Assembly: GCA_023151185.1 (NCBI GenBank)
Contig: JAKLJL010000010.1
Span: 64,001 to 128,000, forward strand
DNA length: 64,000 nt
Reading direction: 5' to 3'
Source: Bacteroidota bacterium
Lineage (GTDB): Bacteria > Bacteroidota > JABWAT01
Position 1 is the stretch's first letter. Every line of letters begins with the position of its first letter. A program made the translations under genes and the position numbers. Positions 17,932-28,302 of the stretch are shown here, one piece after another. The notes under the pieces were generated by a model, which made no database searches, was not told where the DNA came from, and worked only from the letters and a program-made list of their open reading frames with translations.

Positions 17932-19044
17932 ATGTCTGTCCACAGCCGGCTCACTGACCTTCCAAAACCAGACAGAATGACCTCCCGGGAACTGCTTCAG
18001 AAGATAGTCTCTTTCCAGACCGAAGGCCACCCCTTTTATGCAGATGGGCTGGTTCCTTCACAGCGATACAATTCGGTTCTGCGATGGAAACGTGAGGATA
18101 ACAACATTTTCTTTACAGCCAGTATCGTGTTTGTTCTTCAGAATCTGGCTGATTTTGTTCCGGAAGAGGAAAAGCTGCTGATCCGTGACTTTATCAGGAA
18201 GGCAGTCCTGGCCTACCCGCATTACCGGAATAAACATGGCCTGGATACGTATTCATTCTGGCCGACTGACGGATCACCCCATTTCCCGAACGGGTTGATT
18301 TTCAGGCACCTTCACTCAGCCCGTATTCCCGATGATTCGGATGATACGGCACTGGTTTTTTTAACCTCATCCCAAAAACGGGAAACCACACTCTGGCTGA
18401 AGGATAAACTGATTCAGCATGCCAATCTGTCAAAAAAACAGATCCGGCAAACCTATCCGGATTATAAAAACCTGAAGGCATACTCGACCTTTTTCGGTAC
18501 CAATATGTATATTGAATTTGATTTCTGTGTTTTAACCAATATTCTGTTCTGGGTTTTTCAGAATCAATTGCCTGTGAATCAGCATGATTCAGATTCCATC
18601 ATCTTTTTAAGGTCAGTTATTCTGAACCGTCAGCATCTTGATGCCCCGTTCAGGGTAAGCCACAACTACCCGCATCCGGTTCTGATTCTTTACCATCTCT
18701 CCCGCCTGCTGGCTGCTTTTGACATCCCCGGTCTTTCTGAGTTAAAACCGGGTATTATTCAGGATCTGACCAGGCTTTCCAAAATGGAAAAGGGGATCAT
18801 GAACCGGATTTTGATTTCGACTTCTCTGATACGGTTGGGTCACCGGCCGGATTTTGAACCGGATCTTGTTACAGATGAACCCCGGTGGACTTTTTTTATC
18901 GCCGGCATGCTGACAGCACTGGATACACCGCTGACATCCCGTTTTGCCCATCTGGAAGTGTTTCACCTTAATTATGTTTGTGAAGCCCACCGGCAGGCGT
19001 TGCGGTATGAAAACCTGGTTCTGAGTCAAACATTAAGGAGTTGA
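17932..19044 (+). CDS. Hypothetical protein with DxDDTA motif (class II terpene-cyclase-like acid motif)
   Basis: The 370-aa ORF is soluble and aromatic-rich and contains ...RIPDDSDDTALVFL. It lies 3 bp after the acyltransferase and 2 bp before the GNAT gene. Confidence 0.5.
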   Translation: MSVHSRLTDLPKPDRMTSRELLQKIVSFQTEGHPFYADGLVPSQRYNSVLRWKREDNNIFFTASIVFVLQNLADFVPEEEKLLIRDFIRKAVLAYPHYRNKHGLDTYSFWPTDGSPHFPNGLIFRHLHSARIPDDSDDTALVFLTSSQKRETTLWLKDKLIQHANLSKKQIRQTYPDYKNLKAYSTFFGTNMYIEFDFCVLTNILFWVFQNQLPVNQHDSDSIIFLRSVILNRQHLDAPFRVSHNYPHPVLILYHLSRLLAAFDIPGLSELKPGIIQDLTRLSKMEKGIMNRILISTSLIRLGHRPDFEPDLVTDEPRWTFFIAGMLTALDTPLTSRFAHLEVFHLNYVCEAHRQALRYENLVLSQTLRS

Positions 19045-19045
19045 A

Positions 19046-19591
19046 ATGGCCGTTTTGATTGAAACGCCCCGGTTCAGGTTAAGAGAAATGGAGGCTGGTG
19101 ATCTTGAGATTCTGTTCAGGCTGGATTCTGATCCGGTCGTTCACCGGTATCTCGGTAACCATCCGGTTACCTCCCGTGATGAAATCACCGGAATGATTCT
19201 TTATGTAAGAAAACAGTATGCTGAAAACGGATTTGGCCGGTGGATGGTTGAGGTGAAAGCAACCGGAGAATGTGCCGGATGGGCCGGGTTGAAACGGGTT
19301 CATGACCACGTGAATAACCGGACCGGTTTTGTCGATCTGGGATATCGGCTTCTGCCTGAATTCTGGGGGCAGGGAATTGCCACCGAATGTTCAGCAGCAT
19401 CCCTTGTCTATGGGTTCAACTCCCTTCATCTGACCGAAATCTCGGCTGCTGCCCATGTTCAGAATGATGCGTCAAATCATATTCTCGGGAAACTGGGGTT
19501 TCAAAAAACCGGAACATTTCTGTTTCACGGATCAGAAAATAACTGGTATGATCTTTCAGAAGCAGACTGGCGCCTGAACAGGGCTCCCTGA
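19046..19591 (+). CDS. GNAT family N-acetyltransferase (RimJ/RimL-like, Acetyltransf_3)
   Basis: It begins TPRFRLREMEAGDLEILFRLDSDPVVHRYLG and has the catalytic core WAGLKRV...GYRLLPEFWGQGIATE. Confidence 0.75.
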   Translation: MAVLIETPRFRLREMEAGDLEILFRLDSDPVVHRYLGNHPVTSRDEITGMILYVRKQYAENGFGRWMVEVKATGECAGWAGLKRVHDHVNNRTGFVDLGYRLLPEFWGQGIATECSAASLVYGFNSLHLTEISAAAHVQNDASNHILGKLGFQKTGTFLFHGSENNWYDLSEADWRLNRAP

Positions 19592-19789
19592 CCGGATGGT
19601 TGGCAGTTTGTTCTCCTTCATTTCGGGTGAATCAGCACACAGCCAATCCAGGCTCCCCGGAACAAAAGGAATCCCGGGCTCCGGTACACATCCTTTATTC
19701 TTTCCCGTTATTCAGTAAAAGAACTCAATTGGTGGTTCCGCAACCTGAAAGAAATTCTGGAGAAATCCGGATAGGCACGTTCAGGTGAA

Positions 19790-20515
19790 TCAGGCCGGTG
19801 GTACCAATGAAACTCTTTTCCCCCAATACCGGCCGTTCGCCATCTGGAAGATTCCGGTTCCGGCGTAAACCAGCCCGGCATAGGCAGGCTGCAGAAGGAA
19901 AAACGAAAAAAAGACTGAAACCAGCCCAAGACCAATCATGATCAGGTGAGAAGACAGCCAGGCTTTGGTAATCAGAATTTCCTTTTCAGTGAGTTCCAGT
20001 TTTTCAGAGAACCGGAGTGCCCGGTATTGCATCAGGGAAAAAATGATAAAGACAAAAATGTATCCCAGCGAGTAAATCGTCATAAGATCTGAGCTTTCAC
20101 CCGGCGAAATCATTGCAATCACCTCACCCGTATCAGTTGTCACTTTCCAGGAGTGGTAAACAAACGTAGCAACCAGGAAATTTGACAGGAACTTTAGCGG
20201 GTAAATGTAAAACAGGATCAGAAAAAGAAGTGTTGCATTCAGGGTTATGGTCAGCGGATCCTGCAGTCCGTACCGCCGAAAGTAGATATAATGACAGTAC
20301 CAGATATACATCAGCAGGGAAAAGCTGAGTGCAAATGCCATGAAGCCCGACATCATCTCCTTCAGGTCGCCGAAAGTCCTCGGGACTTCAAGTGAAACAA
20401 CCAGCAGAGTAATGGAGAAGGCAAAAATTGCATCACTCAACCCCTCGATCCGGTTAACTTCTCCACCCCGCCACCGGAATCCGGCCGGGTCATGTGAAAT
20501 CAGTTTGGACAGCAT
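19790..20515 (-). CDS. TMEM175-like potassium channel (DUF1211)
   Basis: The signature RIEGLSDAIFAFSITLLVVSLEVP matches the R-x-x-x-FSD-x-x-x-A-x-x-x-TLL motif of TMEM175/DUF1211. The start is moved to Met43 (ATG at 20515, verified) to avoid overlapping mutB. Confidence 0.65.
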   Translation of the reverse strand: MLSKLISHDPAGFRWRGGEVNRIEGLSDAIFAFSITLLVVSLEVPRTFGDLKEMMSGFMAFALSFSLLMYIWYCHYIYFRRYGLQDPLTITLNATLLFLILFYIYPLKFLSNFLVATFVYHSWKVTTDTGEVIAMISPGESSDLMTIYSLGYIFVFIIFSLMQYRALRFSEKLELTEKEILITKAWLSSHLIMIGLGLVSVFFSFFLLQPAYAGLVYAGTGIFQMANGRYWGKRVSLVPPA

Positions 20516-20633
20516 GAAATCTCCCGTTTTTCGGGAAATTAGGAATTCCGGCCGTCCGGGACAAGCCTTGAGTGGTTTTAACAAACAAAAAAGCCAGTCG
20601 GCGGGACTGGCTTTTTTGAAGAAAAGGTGCTTC

Positions 20634-22814
20634 TCAGGCAAACCGGTGATTGATTTCTTCCATAATTTTCAGGGCTGCAAACGGGATTTTGGTCCCGGGT
20701 CCGAAAATGGCGGTAGCCCCGTGTTCATAGAGAAAATCGTAATCCTGAGCCGGAATTACTCCGCCAACGATTACAATGATATCCTCACGCCCCAGTTTTT
20801 TCAATTCTTCGATCAACTGGGGAAGCAGAGTTTTGTGCCCGGCTGCAAGAGAACTCATCCCGACCACGTGAACATCATTTTCAACTGCCTGGCGGGCGGT
20901 TTCTTCCGGAGTCTGGAATAACGGACCGACGTCGACATCAAATCCCATATCTGCATAGGCGGTAGCAACCACTTTGGCTCCGCGGTCATGTCCGTCCTGA
21001 CCCATTTTGGCTATCATGATTCTGGGACGGCGGCCTTCTTTCGATGCAAATTCATCGGTCAGTTTTCTGACTTCAGCCACATGGTTGTCTTCTTCGCTGG
21101 CATATTCTGAACTGTAAACACCTGAAATGGTTCTCACAACGGCCTGATACCTTCCCCAAACTTTTTCCAGTGAATAGGAGATTTCTCCCAAGGTTGCTCT
21201 GACTCTGGCTGCTTTCACCGAGAGGTCGAGCAGATTTCCTTCACCTGTTTCAGCACACCGGGTCAGGGCTGCGAGTGCCGCCTGAACATCTGCCTCATTC
21301 CGGTTCTTTTTCAGTTCCTGAATCCGCTTAATCTGGCTCAGCCGGACGGCAGTATTGTCAACTTCCAGAATTTCAATGGCAGCTTCTTTTTCCAGGCGGT
21401 ATTTATTTACCCCGACGATGGTTTCTCTGCCTGAATCAATTCTGGCCTGGCGGCGTGCTGCTGCCTCTTCGATCCGCATTTTCGGGATTCCTGCTTCGAT
21501 TGCTTTGGTCATTCCGCCATAGGATTCCACTTCCTGAAGGTGGGCCCAGCCTTTTTCGATCAGTTCCCGGGTGAGGGCTTCAACATAATAACTTCCACCC
21601 CACGGGTCAATCACTTTACAGATATTGGTTTCATCCTGCAGGTACAACTGGGTATTCCGGGCGATCCGCGCAGAGAAATCGGTTGGAAGAGCAATGGCTT
21701 CATCAAGGGAATTCGTATGCAGAGACTGGGTGTGCCCCAGGGCAGCCGCCATGGCTTCAATGCAGGTTCTGGCCACATTGTTGAACGGATCCTGTTCGGT
21801 CAGGGACCAGCCGGAAGTTTGGGAGTGAGTTCTCAGGGCCATGGATTTCGGATTTTTCGGATTGAAATCCTTGACGATTTTTGCCCAGAGAACCCGGGCT
21901 GCCCGCATTTTAGCTACTTCCATGAAGTAATTCAGACCCTGTGCCCAGAAAAAGGACAGGCGGGGAGCAAAGGAATCGACACTCATGCCGGCTTTGATCC
22001 CGGTTCTGATGTATTCCAGACCATCGGCGAGTGTGTAGGCCATTTCCAGATCGGCAGTGGCACCGGCTTCCTGCATGTGGTAACCCGAAATGGAAATCGA
22101 GTTAAACTTCGGCATATTTTCGGATGTGAATCTGAAAATATCCGCAATGGCCTTCATTGAAGGTTCCGGCGGGTAAATGTACGTGTTCCGGACCATATAT
22201 TCTTTCAGGATATCATTCTGAATGGTTCCGGTGAGCAGGTCATGGGCGACACCCTGTTCCTCTGCTGCGACAATGTAAAAGGCCAGAACCGGCAGAACGG
22301 CACCGTTCATGGTCATTGAAACCGACATTTTGTCCAGTGGGATTTTGTCGAACAGGATTTTCATATCCTCAACTGAGTCAATGGCAACACCGGCCTTCCC
22401 GACATCACCCACCACCCGCTGATGGTCAGAATCATAACCACGGTGAGTGGCCAGATCGAAGGCAACCGAAAGGCCCATCTGCCCGGCAGCAAGATTCCGT
22501 CTGTAAAAGGCATTCGATTCTTCTGCCGTCGAAAAACCGGCATACTGGCGAACTGTCCAGGGTTTATTGACATACATGGTGGAATAAGGACCCCTCAGAT
22601 AGGGCGGAATCCCGGCCATGAATCCGATATGATCGGCATTTTTAATGTCCTCGGCTGTATACAAAGGTTTTACAGCAATCTGCTCCATGGTTTCCCAGAT
22701 GAATTCACCGGGTTTTTTCCCGGTTTCTTTCTCGAACCGGGCTGCCCAGACATCGTAACTTTCCGGGTCTGTCTTCAGATTCAGATCCAGTTTAGTAAAA
22801 TCAGGTTTTTTCAT
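20634..22814 (-). CDS. mutB: Methylmalonyl-CoA mutase large (alpha) subunit with C-terminal B12-binding domain
   Basis: The 726-aa ORF has the mutase catalytic-domain blocks and the C-terminal B12-binding module ([23 protein letters not shown]). Confidence 0.9.
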   Translation of the reverse strand: MKKPDFTKLDLNLKTDPESYDVWAARFEKETGKKPGEFIWETMEQIAVKPLYTAEDIKNADHIGFMAGIPPYLRGPYSTMYVNKPWTVRQYAGFSTAEESNAFYRRNLAAGQMGLSVAFDLATHRGYDSDHQRVVGDVGKAGVAIDSVEDMKILFDKIPLDKMSVSMTMNGAVLPVLAFYIVAAEEQGVAHDLLTGTIQNDILKEYMVRNTYIYPPEPSMKAIADIFRFTSENMPKFNSISISGYHMQEAGATADLEMAYTLADGLEYIRTGIKAGMSVDSFAPRLSFFWAQGLNYFMEVAKMRAARVLWAKIVKDFNPKNPKSMALRTHSQTSGWSLTEQDPFNNVARTCIEAMAAALGHTQSLHTNSLDEAIALPTDFSARIARNTQLYLQDETNICKVIDPWGGSYYVEALTRELIEKGWAHLQEVESYGGMTKAIEAGIPKMRIEEAAARRQARIDSGRETIVGVNKYRLEKEAAIEILEVDNTAVRLSQIKRIQELKKNRNEADVQAALAALTRCAETGEGNLLDLSVKAARVRATLGEISYSLEKVWGRYQAVVRTISGVYSSEYASEEDNHVAEVRKLTDEFASKEGRRPRIMIAKMGQDGHDRGAKVVATAYADMGFDVDVGPLFQTPEETARQAVENDVHVVGMSSLAAGHKTLLPQLIEELKKLGREDIIVIVGGVIPAQDYDFLYEHGATAIFGPGTKIPFAALKIMEEINHRFA

Positions 22815-22852
22815 TTCAGTACTCGTTTAATTTAAAAATCCAGGTTATTCGG

Positions 22853-25048
22853 TCAGAATTTGCTCCAGATACCGGTGAGGGTTTTAATCACATCGGCACC
22901 AAGGAAAATAAATTCGTCCACGCCGGCGGCTTTGTGGGCTTCGACCTGTTCTTTCGGGTATCCGGCCAGAACAACCACAACTCCAGGATTTCCGGATTTG
23001 ATCTCCTTCACAATAACCGGTACAAGTTCCGGATAGGTTTCATCGGTCGAGCAAATGACCACAACCGGAGCCTTCGATTCCAGTGCGCCCTTTGCGGCAA
23101 GTTCGGCAGTTTCAAATCCGGCAGGAGAGAGGACTTCGAATCCACCCGTTTCAAAAAATCCCCGGCTGAAATCAGATCTTCCCTTGTACTGGACAAGCGG
23201 TCCCATGTTGGCCAGAAAAACCTGTGGCAGGTGGCCTTTCTGAGCTTTGTAATTCAGGGCTTTTTTTCTTAGACCCGAAAAGTCGGCGGCAACCGAAAAG
23301 GGTATAAAGGCAGGTACTGTGGGGCCATTTTCTTTTCCGGACCGTAAAATCTGTGTTAATTCACCCAGAGTAGCCCCTTCGAGAGCTGCTTCAATGGCAA
23401 GATCAACTTGTTTTTCTGATTTCTCGGCACCGGCTTTTTCCAGTGTTTCCAAAATACGGATGTGTTTTTCCTGTCCGCCTGAAACCCGGTATTTCTGAAG
23501 GTACTCAGCCCGTTTAGTGAAAATGGCGTCAGCATCAGGAACAACCGGTTTGGGGAGATCCTCCCGGATGTTGGCATAGGCATTAACCCCAACGATAACC
23601 GACTTCCGTTTGGCGATATCGGCCCGGCGGGCATCGGCTGCTTTTCTGACTTCTTCTGCCAGATAGCCGGTTTGCAGAACTGCGGCCATTCCGTCTTTTT
23701 CCTGAATTTGTTTAAAAAGCTCCCAGGACGCTCCCGCCAGGTCGGCGGTCAGTTTTTCAATAAAGTAGGAACCTCCGGCAGGGTCAATCAGACTCGACAG
23801 ATGTGACTCTTCAGCGAGAATTATCTGGGTGTTCCGGGCAATCCGCCGGCTGAACTCATCCGGAACCGACCAGGATTCGTCGAAAGCATGGGTGTGCAGA
23901 CTCCCGACTCCGCCAACAGCTGCAGAAAATGCTTCTGTTGTGGTTCTGAGCAGATTAACGTACGGATCAAAATCTGTCTGGGTCATTGAAGACGTTTTTG
24001 CATGGATGGACATCGGATAGTCGGCCGGATCCAGTCCGTAAGCGGTTAAAATCTGGGTCCAGAGAATCCGTGCCGCACGGAATTTGGCGATTTCCATGAA
24101 GTAATGGGTCCCGATACCGAAAGTAAACCGGATGCAGGGGGCAATGTCAGAAGGGGAAACACCCCGTTCGGTCAGTTCTTCGAGATAGGTGACCAGTGTT
24201 GCCATTGCCGCTGCCAGTTCCTGAACCGCAGTTGCCCCGGCTTCCTGATAAACGGTGGTATCAATCCCAATGGTTTTCAGATTGATCTTGTGGATCCTGA
24301 CCCAGTTGGTTGCCGTTTTCATTTCATTGTAAATCTGATTCAGGGAAACCGGGAGTTGACCTTCTGCTGCGAGATAGCCCAACGGATCCGATTCAACAGA
24401 ACCGGTCAGTCCGGATGTTGCCCGGCCGTCTTTTTTCAAAGAGGCAATCAGAAGGGCAAGAAAAGGGAGTCCTGAATATCCGGCTTTTACAAAAACCGGG
24501 TAAGAATCGAGGGCAATTCCGGAAAAGGCTCTGCTGAGGCTTTGGGTTCCCGAAACGGAAAGCCCGCCAATGCCAACTTCACCGGGTTTTGCAAAATCTG
24601 CATCAACTCCACGGCGGGTTGCCCGGTCCAGAACGACTGAAATGGCGGTTTGGCCCCGGTCCAGATCCCGTTTAAGGATGTCATTGAAGTCTTCTGCAAG
24701 TCCAGCCGGAATGTCCTGACAGATTTTCCAGGGTGTGGCAACCGGTCCCTGGGCCTGACTTCCTCTTGATTGCAATCCACCTCCCGGAAATTCCTTTGCA
24801 ACAGGAAGATCCCGGATGTCTTCGGCCGTGTAGATTGGCTGAAGATCAATGCCTTCATAGGTTTTGGTGATCAGTTTTTTATCGTAAGGGGCACCTTTCA
24901 GATCGGCTTCGGCGACTTTTTTCCAGTCTTCAAACGAAGGGGCGGTAAATTCCGCTTTCAGGTTTAGTTTTTTATCAGCTTGCACGTCGGATCCTGTTGT
25001 GATTTTGTTAATTTCACATCGGGCCGGAATGAATATACCACCGGCCAC
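22853..25048 (-). CDS. mutA: Methylmalonyl-CoA mutase small (beta) subunit
   Basis: The 731-aa mutase-family paralog sits directly upstream of mutB on the same strand. It lacks the DxHxxG B12-binding His motif at its C-terminus. The true start may be the GTG at about 24985, which is preceded by AGGA. Confidence 0.8.
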   Translation of the reverse strand: MAGGIFIPARCEINKITTGSDVQADKKLNLKAEFTAPSFEDWKKVAEADLKGAPYDKKLITKTYEGIDLQPIYTAEDIRDLPVAKEFPGGGLQSRGSQAQGPVATPWKICQDIPAGLAEDFNDILKRDLDRGQTAISVVLDRATRRGVDADFAKPGEVGIGGLSVSGTQSLSRAFSGIALDSYPVFVKAGYSGLPFLALLIASLKKDGRATSGLTGSVESDPLGYLAAEGQLPVSLNQIYNEMKTATNWVRIHKINLKTIGIDTTVYQEAGATAVQELAAAMATLVTYLEELTERGVSPSDIAPCIRFTFGIGTHYFMEIAKFRAARILWTQILTAYGLDPADYPMSIHAKTSSMTQTDFDPYVNLLRTTTEAFSAAVGGVGSLHTHAFDESWSVPDEFSRRIARNTQIILAEESHLSSLIDPAGGSYFIEKLTADLAGASWELFKQIQEKDGMAAVLQTGYLAEEVRKAADARRADIAKRKSVIVGVNAYANIREDLPKPVVPDADAIFTKRAEYLQKYRVSGGQEKHIRILETLEKAGAEKSEKQVDLAIEAALEGATLGELTQILRSGKENGPTVPAFIPFSVAADFSGLRKKALNYKAQKGHLPQVFLANMGPLVQYKGRSDFSRGFFETGGFEVLSPAGFETAELAAKGALESKAPVVVICSTDETYPELVPVIVKEIKSGNPGVVVVLAGYPKEQVEAHKAAGVDEFIFLGADVIKTLTGIWSKF

Positions 25049-25265
25049 TGTTATTTTTCTGACGGCAATCTAAGGATTTTTTCGGGCAATGACGATCTGA
25101 ACGCCGCACAGAAAGCCCTCAGGAATGCTGATTTAAGCGACATCTAATGAAAACGGATACTCTTGCCTTTTATTGGCCGCCCGTTTTTCATGAAATTGTA
25201 ATGAAGCAGCCGGGCAGGAAGAATTTATCCGGCGGGTTTTATATCTTTAGAAAAAACGGAATTGT

Positions 25266-25712
25266 ATGGCCGCCACTTTAACCCTGGATGAGAAGTTTCT
25301 GAATGACAGTCTGGCCCGGTATATGCCGTCGAATCTGCCACCGGTCTCAGTAAAAATAGAAGAAAAAGCCCTGGTTATCTCTCTGGCCTGGTCGTTTGCC
25401 GGACTGACTTTCAGGCCCTCGGCAGCCCTCCGGATTGTTTCTTTCTACTGGTCGGATTACATTAAAACCATCACCTTTGAAATGATCAAAAGCCGGCCGC
25501 TGGATGCCCGTCCTATGCTGGCGATGGCCAAACCCTTTCTCCCTGACTTTATCCGGACGGAAGATTCGTTTGTAACGGTGGATTTACTGAAAATTCCCAG
25601 TCTGGCTCAGGTTCTGGTACAACCGGCAGTGACTGATCTGGATATTATTAAAATGGGAGTTTATGAGGGATTTCTATCCCTGACTGTCGATTTTAAGCCG
25701 TTTCCTGTCTGA
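25266..25712 (+). CDS. Hypothetical protein
   Basis: The 148-aa ORF has consistent codon usage, no recognisable domain and no strong overlap with neighbours. Confidence 0.4.
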   Translation: MAATLTLDEKFLNDSLARYMPSNLPPVSVKIEEKALVISLAWSFAGLTFRPSAALRIVSFYWSDYIKTITFEMIKSRPLDARPMLAMAKPFLPDFIRTEDSFVTVDLLKIPSLAQVLVQPAVTDLDIIKMGVYEGFLSLTVDFKPFPV

Positions 25713-25715
25713 AAA

Positions 25716-26492
25716 TCAGCCGATTCTGACCGACCGCATGCTGAGTGAGGCATGCTCATATCCTTCCCAGATAAAGGATACCGGATCTTTTGGATGAGAA
25801 CTTCCAAGGATATAAAACAAAGGTATCAGATGATCAGGAGTTGGAACCGACAGGCGGGCATCCTGACCGAGTGACAGATAATTCAGAACAGTCTCATGGT
25901 TTCCTGACCGGAGTCCTTCAGCGATGGCTTCATCAAACCGGACATTCCACCCGGCAGGTTCTGCCCGGGGATTCTGAAAATCTGCAGCCCGCAGATTATG
26001 CACGATATTTCCCGATCCGCAGATCAGCACACCTTCTTCCCGCAGAACGGACAGTTCACGGCCGATCCGGTAATGTCCTTCAGGTGAAAGACCGGCATCA
26101 ATGCTTAGCTGAAAAACCGGGATAGCAGCATCGGGAAACAGGTGGATCAGCACTGACCAGGCGCCGTGATCCAGCCCCATGGCAGGATCGGCCAAAACGG
26201 GAACCGACCGGATGAGGTTTTGAACCCGTTCTGCCGTTTCGGGTGAACCCGGGGCAGGGTAAGTGATTCTGTAAAGCTCTGGCGGAAATCCGTAAAAATC
26301 ATAAATCGTTTCCGGGTGAGTGGCAAAGGAAACACCGGTTCCCCGGGTGTACCAATGCGCCGAAATCATCAGAATCGCCTGAACCCCGGTCAGTTTACTT
26401 CCGGTCCGGCGCAGCATTTCTGACCATGGGCTGGTTCCCAAAGCATTCATTGGGGACCCGTGGGCAAAGAAAAAGGCAGGAAGGCGGTTCAT
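25716..26492 (-). CDS. ygiD: 4,5-DOPA dioxygenase extradiol-like (class III extradiol dioxygenase, YgiD/LigB family)
   Basis: The N-terminal block FFFAHGSPMNAL...ILMISAHW is typical of the DODA family. It is 258 aa. Confidence 0.75.
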   Translation of the reverse strand: MNRLPAFFFAHGSPMNALGTSPWSEMLRRTGSKLTGVQAILMISAHWYTRGTGVSFATHPETIYDFYGFPPELYRITYPAPGSPETAERVQNLIRSVPVLADPAMGLDHGAWSVLIHLFPDAAIPVFQLSIDAGLSPEGHYRIGRELSVLREEGVLICGSGNIVHNLRAADFQNPRAEPAGWNVRFDEAIAEGLRSGNHETVLNYLSLGQDARLSVPTPDHLIPLFYILGSSHPKDPVSFIWEGYEHASLSMRSVRIG

Positions 26493-27037
26493 TCGGCTGA
26501 ACGGAGCTTATCAAGCAAATCACTAAGCTGGGTGGCTTCTGCTTCTGAAAGGGAGGTCATCGGGCTGTGAAATTCGTCTGTCCGTGAATCGATCTGATTT
26601 AAAACTGACAGTCCTTTTTCGGTTATGGAAATGTCCATCTGCCGGCGGCTTTCGGGGCAGACTGCCCGGCCGACAACTTCCTTGGCAACCAACCGGTCGA
26701 TAAGCCTGGAAACGTCAGAGTTTTTATCGAGCATTCTTTCTTTAAGCAGGGTAATGGATGCCGGTTTGGGGTGCTGGCCTCTTAGAATGCGCAGGATATT
26801 GAATTGCTGCAGGGAAAGATCAAACTGTTTAAGAAAGACCGATTGTTTCCCGGCCAGCCAGCTATAAGTAAAAAACAGGTTAACCGCCGCCTTTTGCCGC
26901 TGACTGGTAAATTTCTTCTGGTGAATTTCTTCTTCAATTTTCATTTTTACATCCGGATTAGTGGCCGGAATCTGACCGGCGCCGGAATAAAGATACGACA
27001 TGGCGGAATCTGTTTCAGGTTGGGAGGCAGAATTCAA
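26489..27037 (-). CDS. MarR family transcriptional regulator
   Basis: It has the winged-HTH block QFNILRILRGQHPKPASITLLKERMLDKNSDVSRLIDRLVAKEVV. It overlaps the downstream DODA gene by 4 bp, giving operonic coupling. Confidence 0.75.
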   Translation of the reverse strand: MNSASQPETDSAMSYLYSGAGQIPATNPDVKMKIEEEIHQKKFTSQRQKAAVNLFFTYSWLAGKQSVFLKQFDLSLQQFNILRILRGQHPKPASITLLKERMLDKNSDVSRLIDRLVAKEVVGRAVCPESRRQMDISITEKGLSVLNQIDSRTDEFHSPMTSLSEAEATQLSDLLDKLRSAE

Positions 27038-27087
27038 AAGTACGAATACCGGGGAAAAAGGGTCTCCCCGGTATTCACAGCAATTCC

Positions 27088-27672
27088 TTATTTCTTTTCT
27101 TTTGCAAACTCGACGTTCAGTTTGATGGTGACTGTCTCACCAACAACAGCTCCGCCGGCTTCCAGGGCTTTGTTCCACTTGAGGTTGTAGTCAAACCGGT
27201 TGATCTCGGTTGTGGCCTTGAATCCGACTTTTACATTTCCCCAGGGATCGGTCATAATACCGCCAAGCTTAGCTTCCAGAACCACTTCACGGGTCACATC
27301 ACGGATGGTCAGATCGCCGGTGATTTTGAAGGTTTTATCGCCGGTTTTCTTGAAGGATTTGCTCTTGAAGGTCATGACCGGGAATTTTTCAGCGTTGAAA
27401 AAGTCATCAGACTGCAGGTGCTTGTCCCGCATTTCATTATCGGTATTGACTGAAGCAGTCTGGATGGTTGCCTCAACATAACTGTCAGAAAAGTCGTCAT
27501 TTTTTGAGACGAGTTTTCCGTCAACTTTGGCAAACCGGCCGTCGACTTCAGAAATAACCAGGTGGGTTACTGTAAAGCCGACGTTGGTGTGACTTGCATC
27601 CATATTCCAGGTGGTTTGAGCCTGGGCAGAGAACAGACCAAGAGTGAGCAGAAGGGTCAGAATTGTTTTCAT
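27088..27672 (-). CDS. YceI family periplasmic polyisoprenoid-binding protein
   Basis: A signal peptide is followed by the YceI-like block (WNMDASHTNVGFTVTHLVISEVDGRF). It is 194 aa. Confidence 0.75.
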   Translation of the reverse strand: MKTILTLLLTLGLFSAQAQTTWNMDASHTNVGFTVTHLVISEVDGRFAKVDGKLVSKNDDFSDSYVEATIQTASVNTDNEMRDKHLQSDDFFNAEKFPVMTFKSKSFKKTGDKTFKITGDLTIRDVTREVVLEAKLGGIMTDPWGNVKVGFKATTEINRFDYNLKWNKALEAGGAVVGETVTIKLNVEFAKEKK

Positions 27673-27759
27673 TTTTACTCCTTTTTGTTTTGATGGAGCA
27701 AAAGTATGTTATAACAATTAATGTTGCAACATATAAAACAAATTTTCCGGTAAGCCGGG

Positions 27760-28182
27760 TTATTTTGTGCGGTGGATCACATCGGTTGTGGTGTAGGACT
27801 GGTCCGACCGCAGCTTGATTACTGTGGTTACATTTCCCCGGGCATTGAAGTCGCCGATAACTTCCAGGAATCTGGGGTTCAGTTTTTCCCTCAGAACGTC
27901 ATAAATTTCATTGGTGACGGCTTCATGGCTGATGTGACGGTCTCTGAAATTGTTTAACCACAGTTTGAAGGCCTTCAGTTCCACTATCAGTTTGTCGGGA
28001 ATGTAATTCACATAAATCCGGGCAAAATCGGGATAACCCGATCTGGGGCACAGGCAGGTGAATTCGGGATAGTCAATTTCAATGAGGTAGTCCCTGTCCT
28101 GAAATTTATTTTCCCAGATTTCCAGTTCGGCTTCCTGAATTTCTTTTTCGCCGTACATCAGGTCCTTAATAACGGTTTTCAT
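27760..28182 (-). CDS. queF: NADPH-dependent 7-cyano-7-deazaguanine reductase QueF (unimodular type)
   Basis: It has the catalytic Cys context ([14 protein letters not shown]) and the QueF motif E(L)K(A)FKLWL. It is 140 aa. Confidence 0.8.
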   Translation of the reverse strand: MKTVIKDLMYGEKEIQEAELEIWENKFQDRDYLIEIDYPEFTCLCPRSGYPDFARIYVNYIPDKLIVELKAFKLWLNNFRDRHISHEAVTNEIYDVLREKLNPRFLEVIGDFNARGNVTTVIKLRSDQSYTTTDVIHRTK

Positions 28183-28302
28183 TTAAATGTCCTTTGGTTC
28201 AGTGTTAAACCTGCAAAATTCGGAGGGAAGGGCAACGAATTCAATTCTCTGCAGGGGAAACGGCTGGAACCTGCTGTCAGGTTCCGGCCGGAAAGGAAAA
28301 GT

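Noticed and set aside
21540-24475. Plus-strand ORFs inside mutA/mutB (e.g., 21540..22160, 22422..22835, 24104..24475)
   Set aside because: These are antisense shadow ORFs within long, well-supported minus-strand genes. Their compositions are low-complexity.
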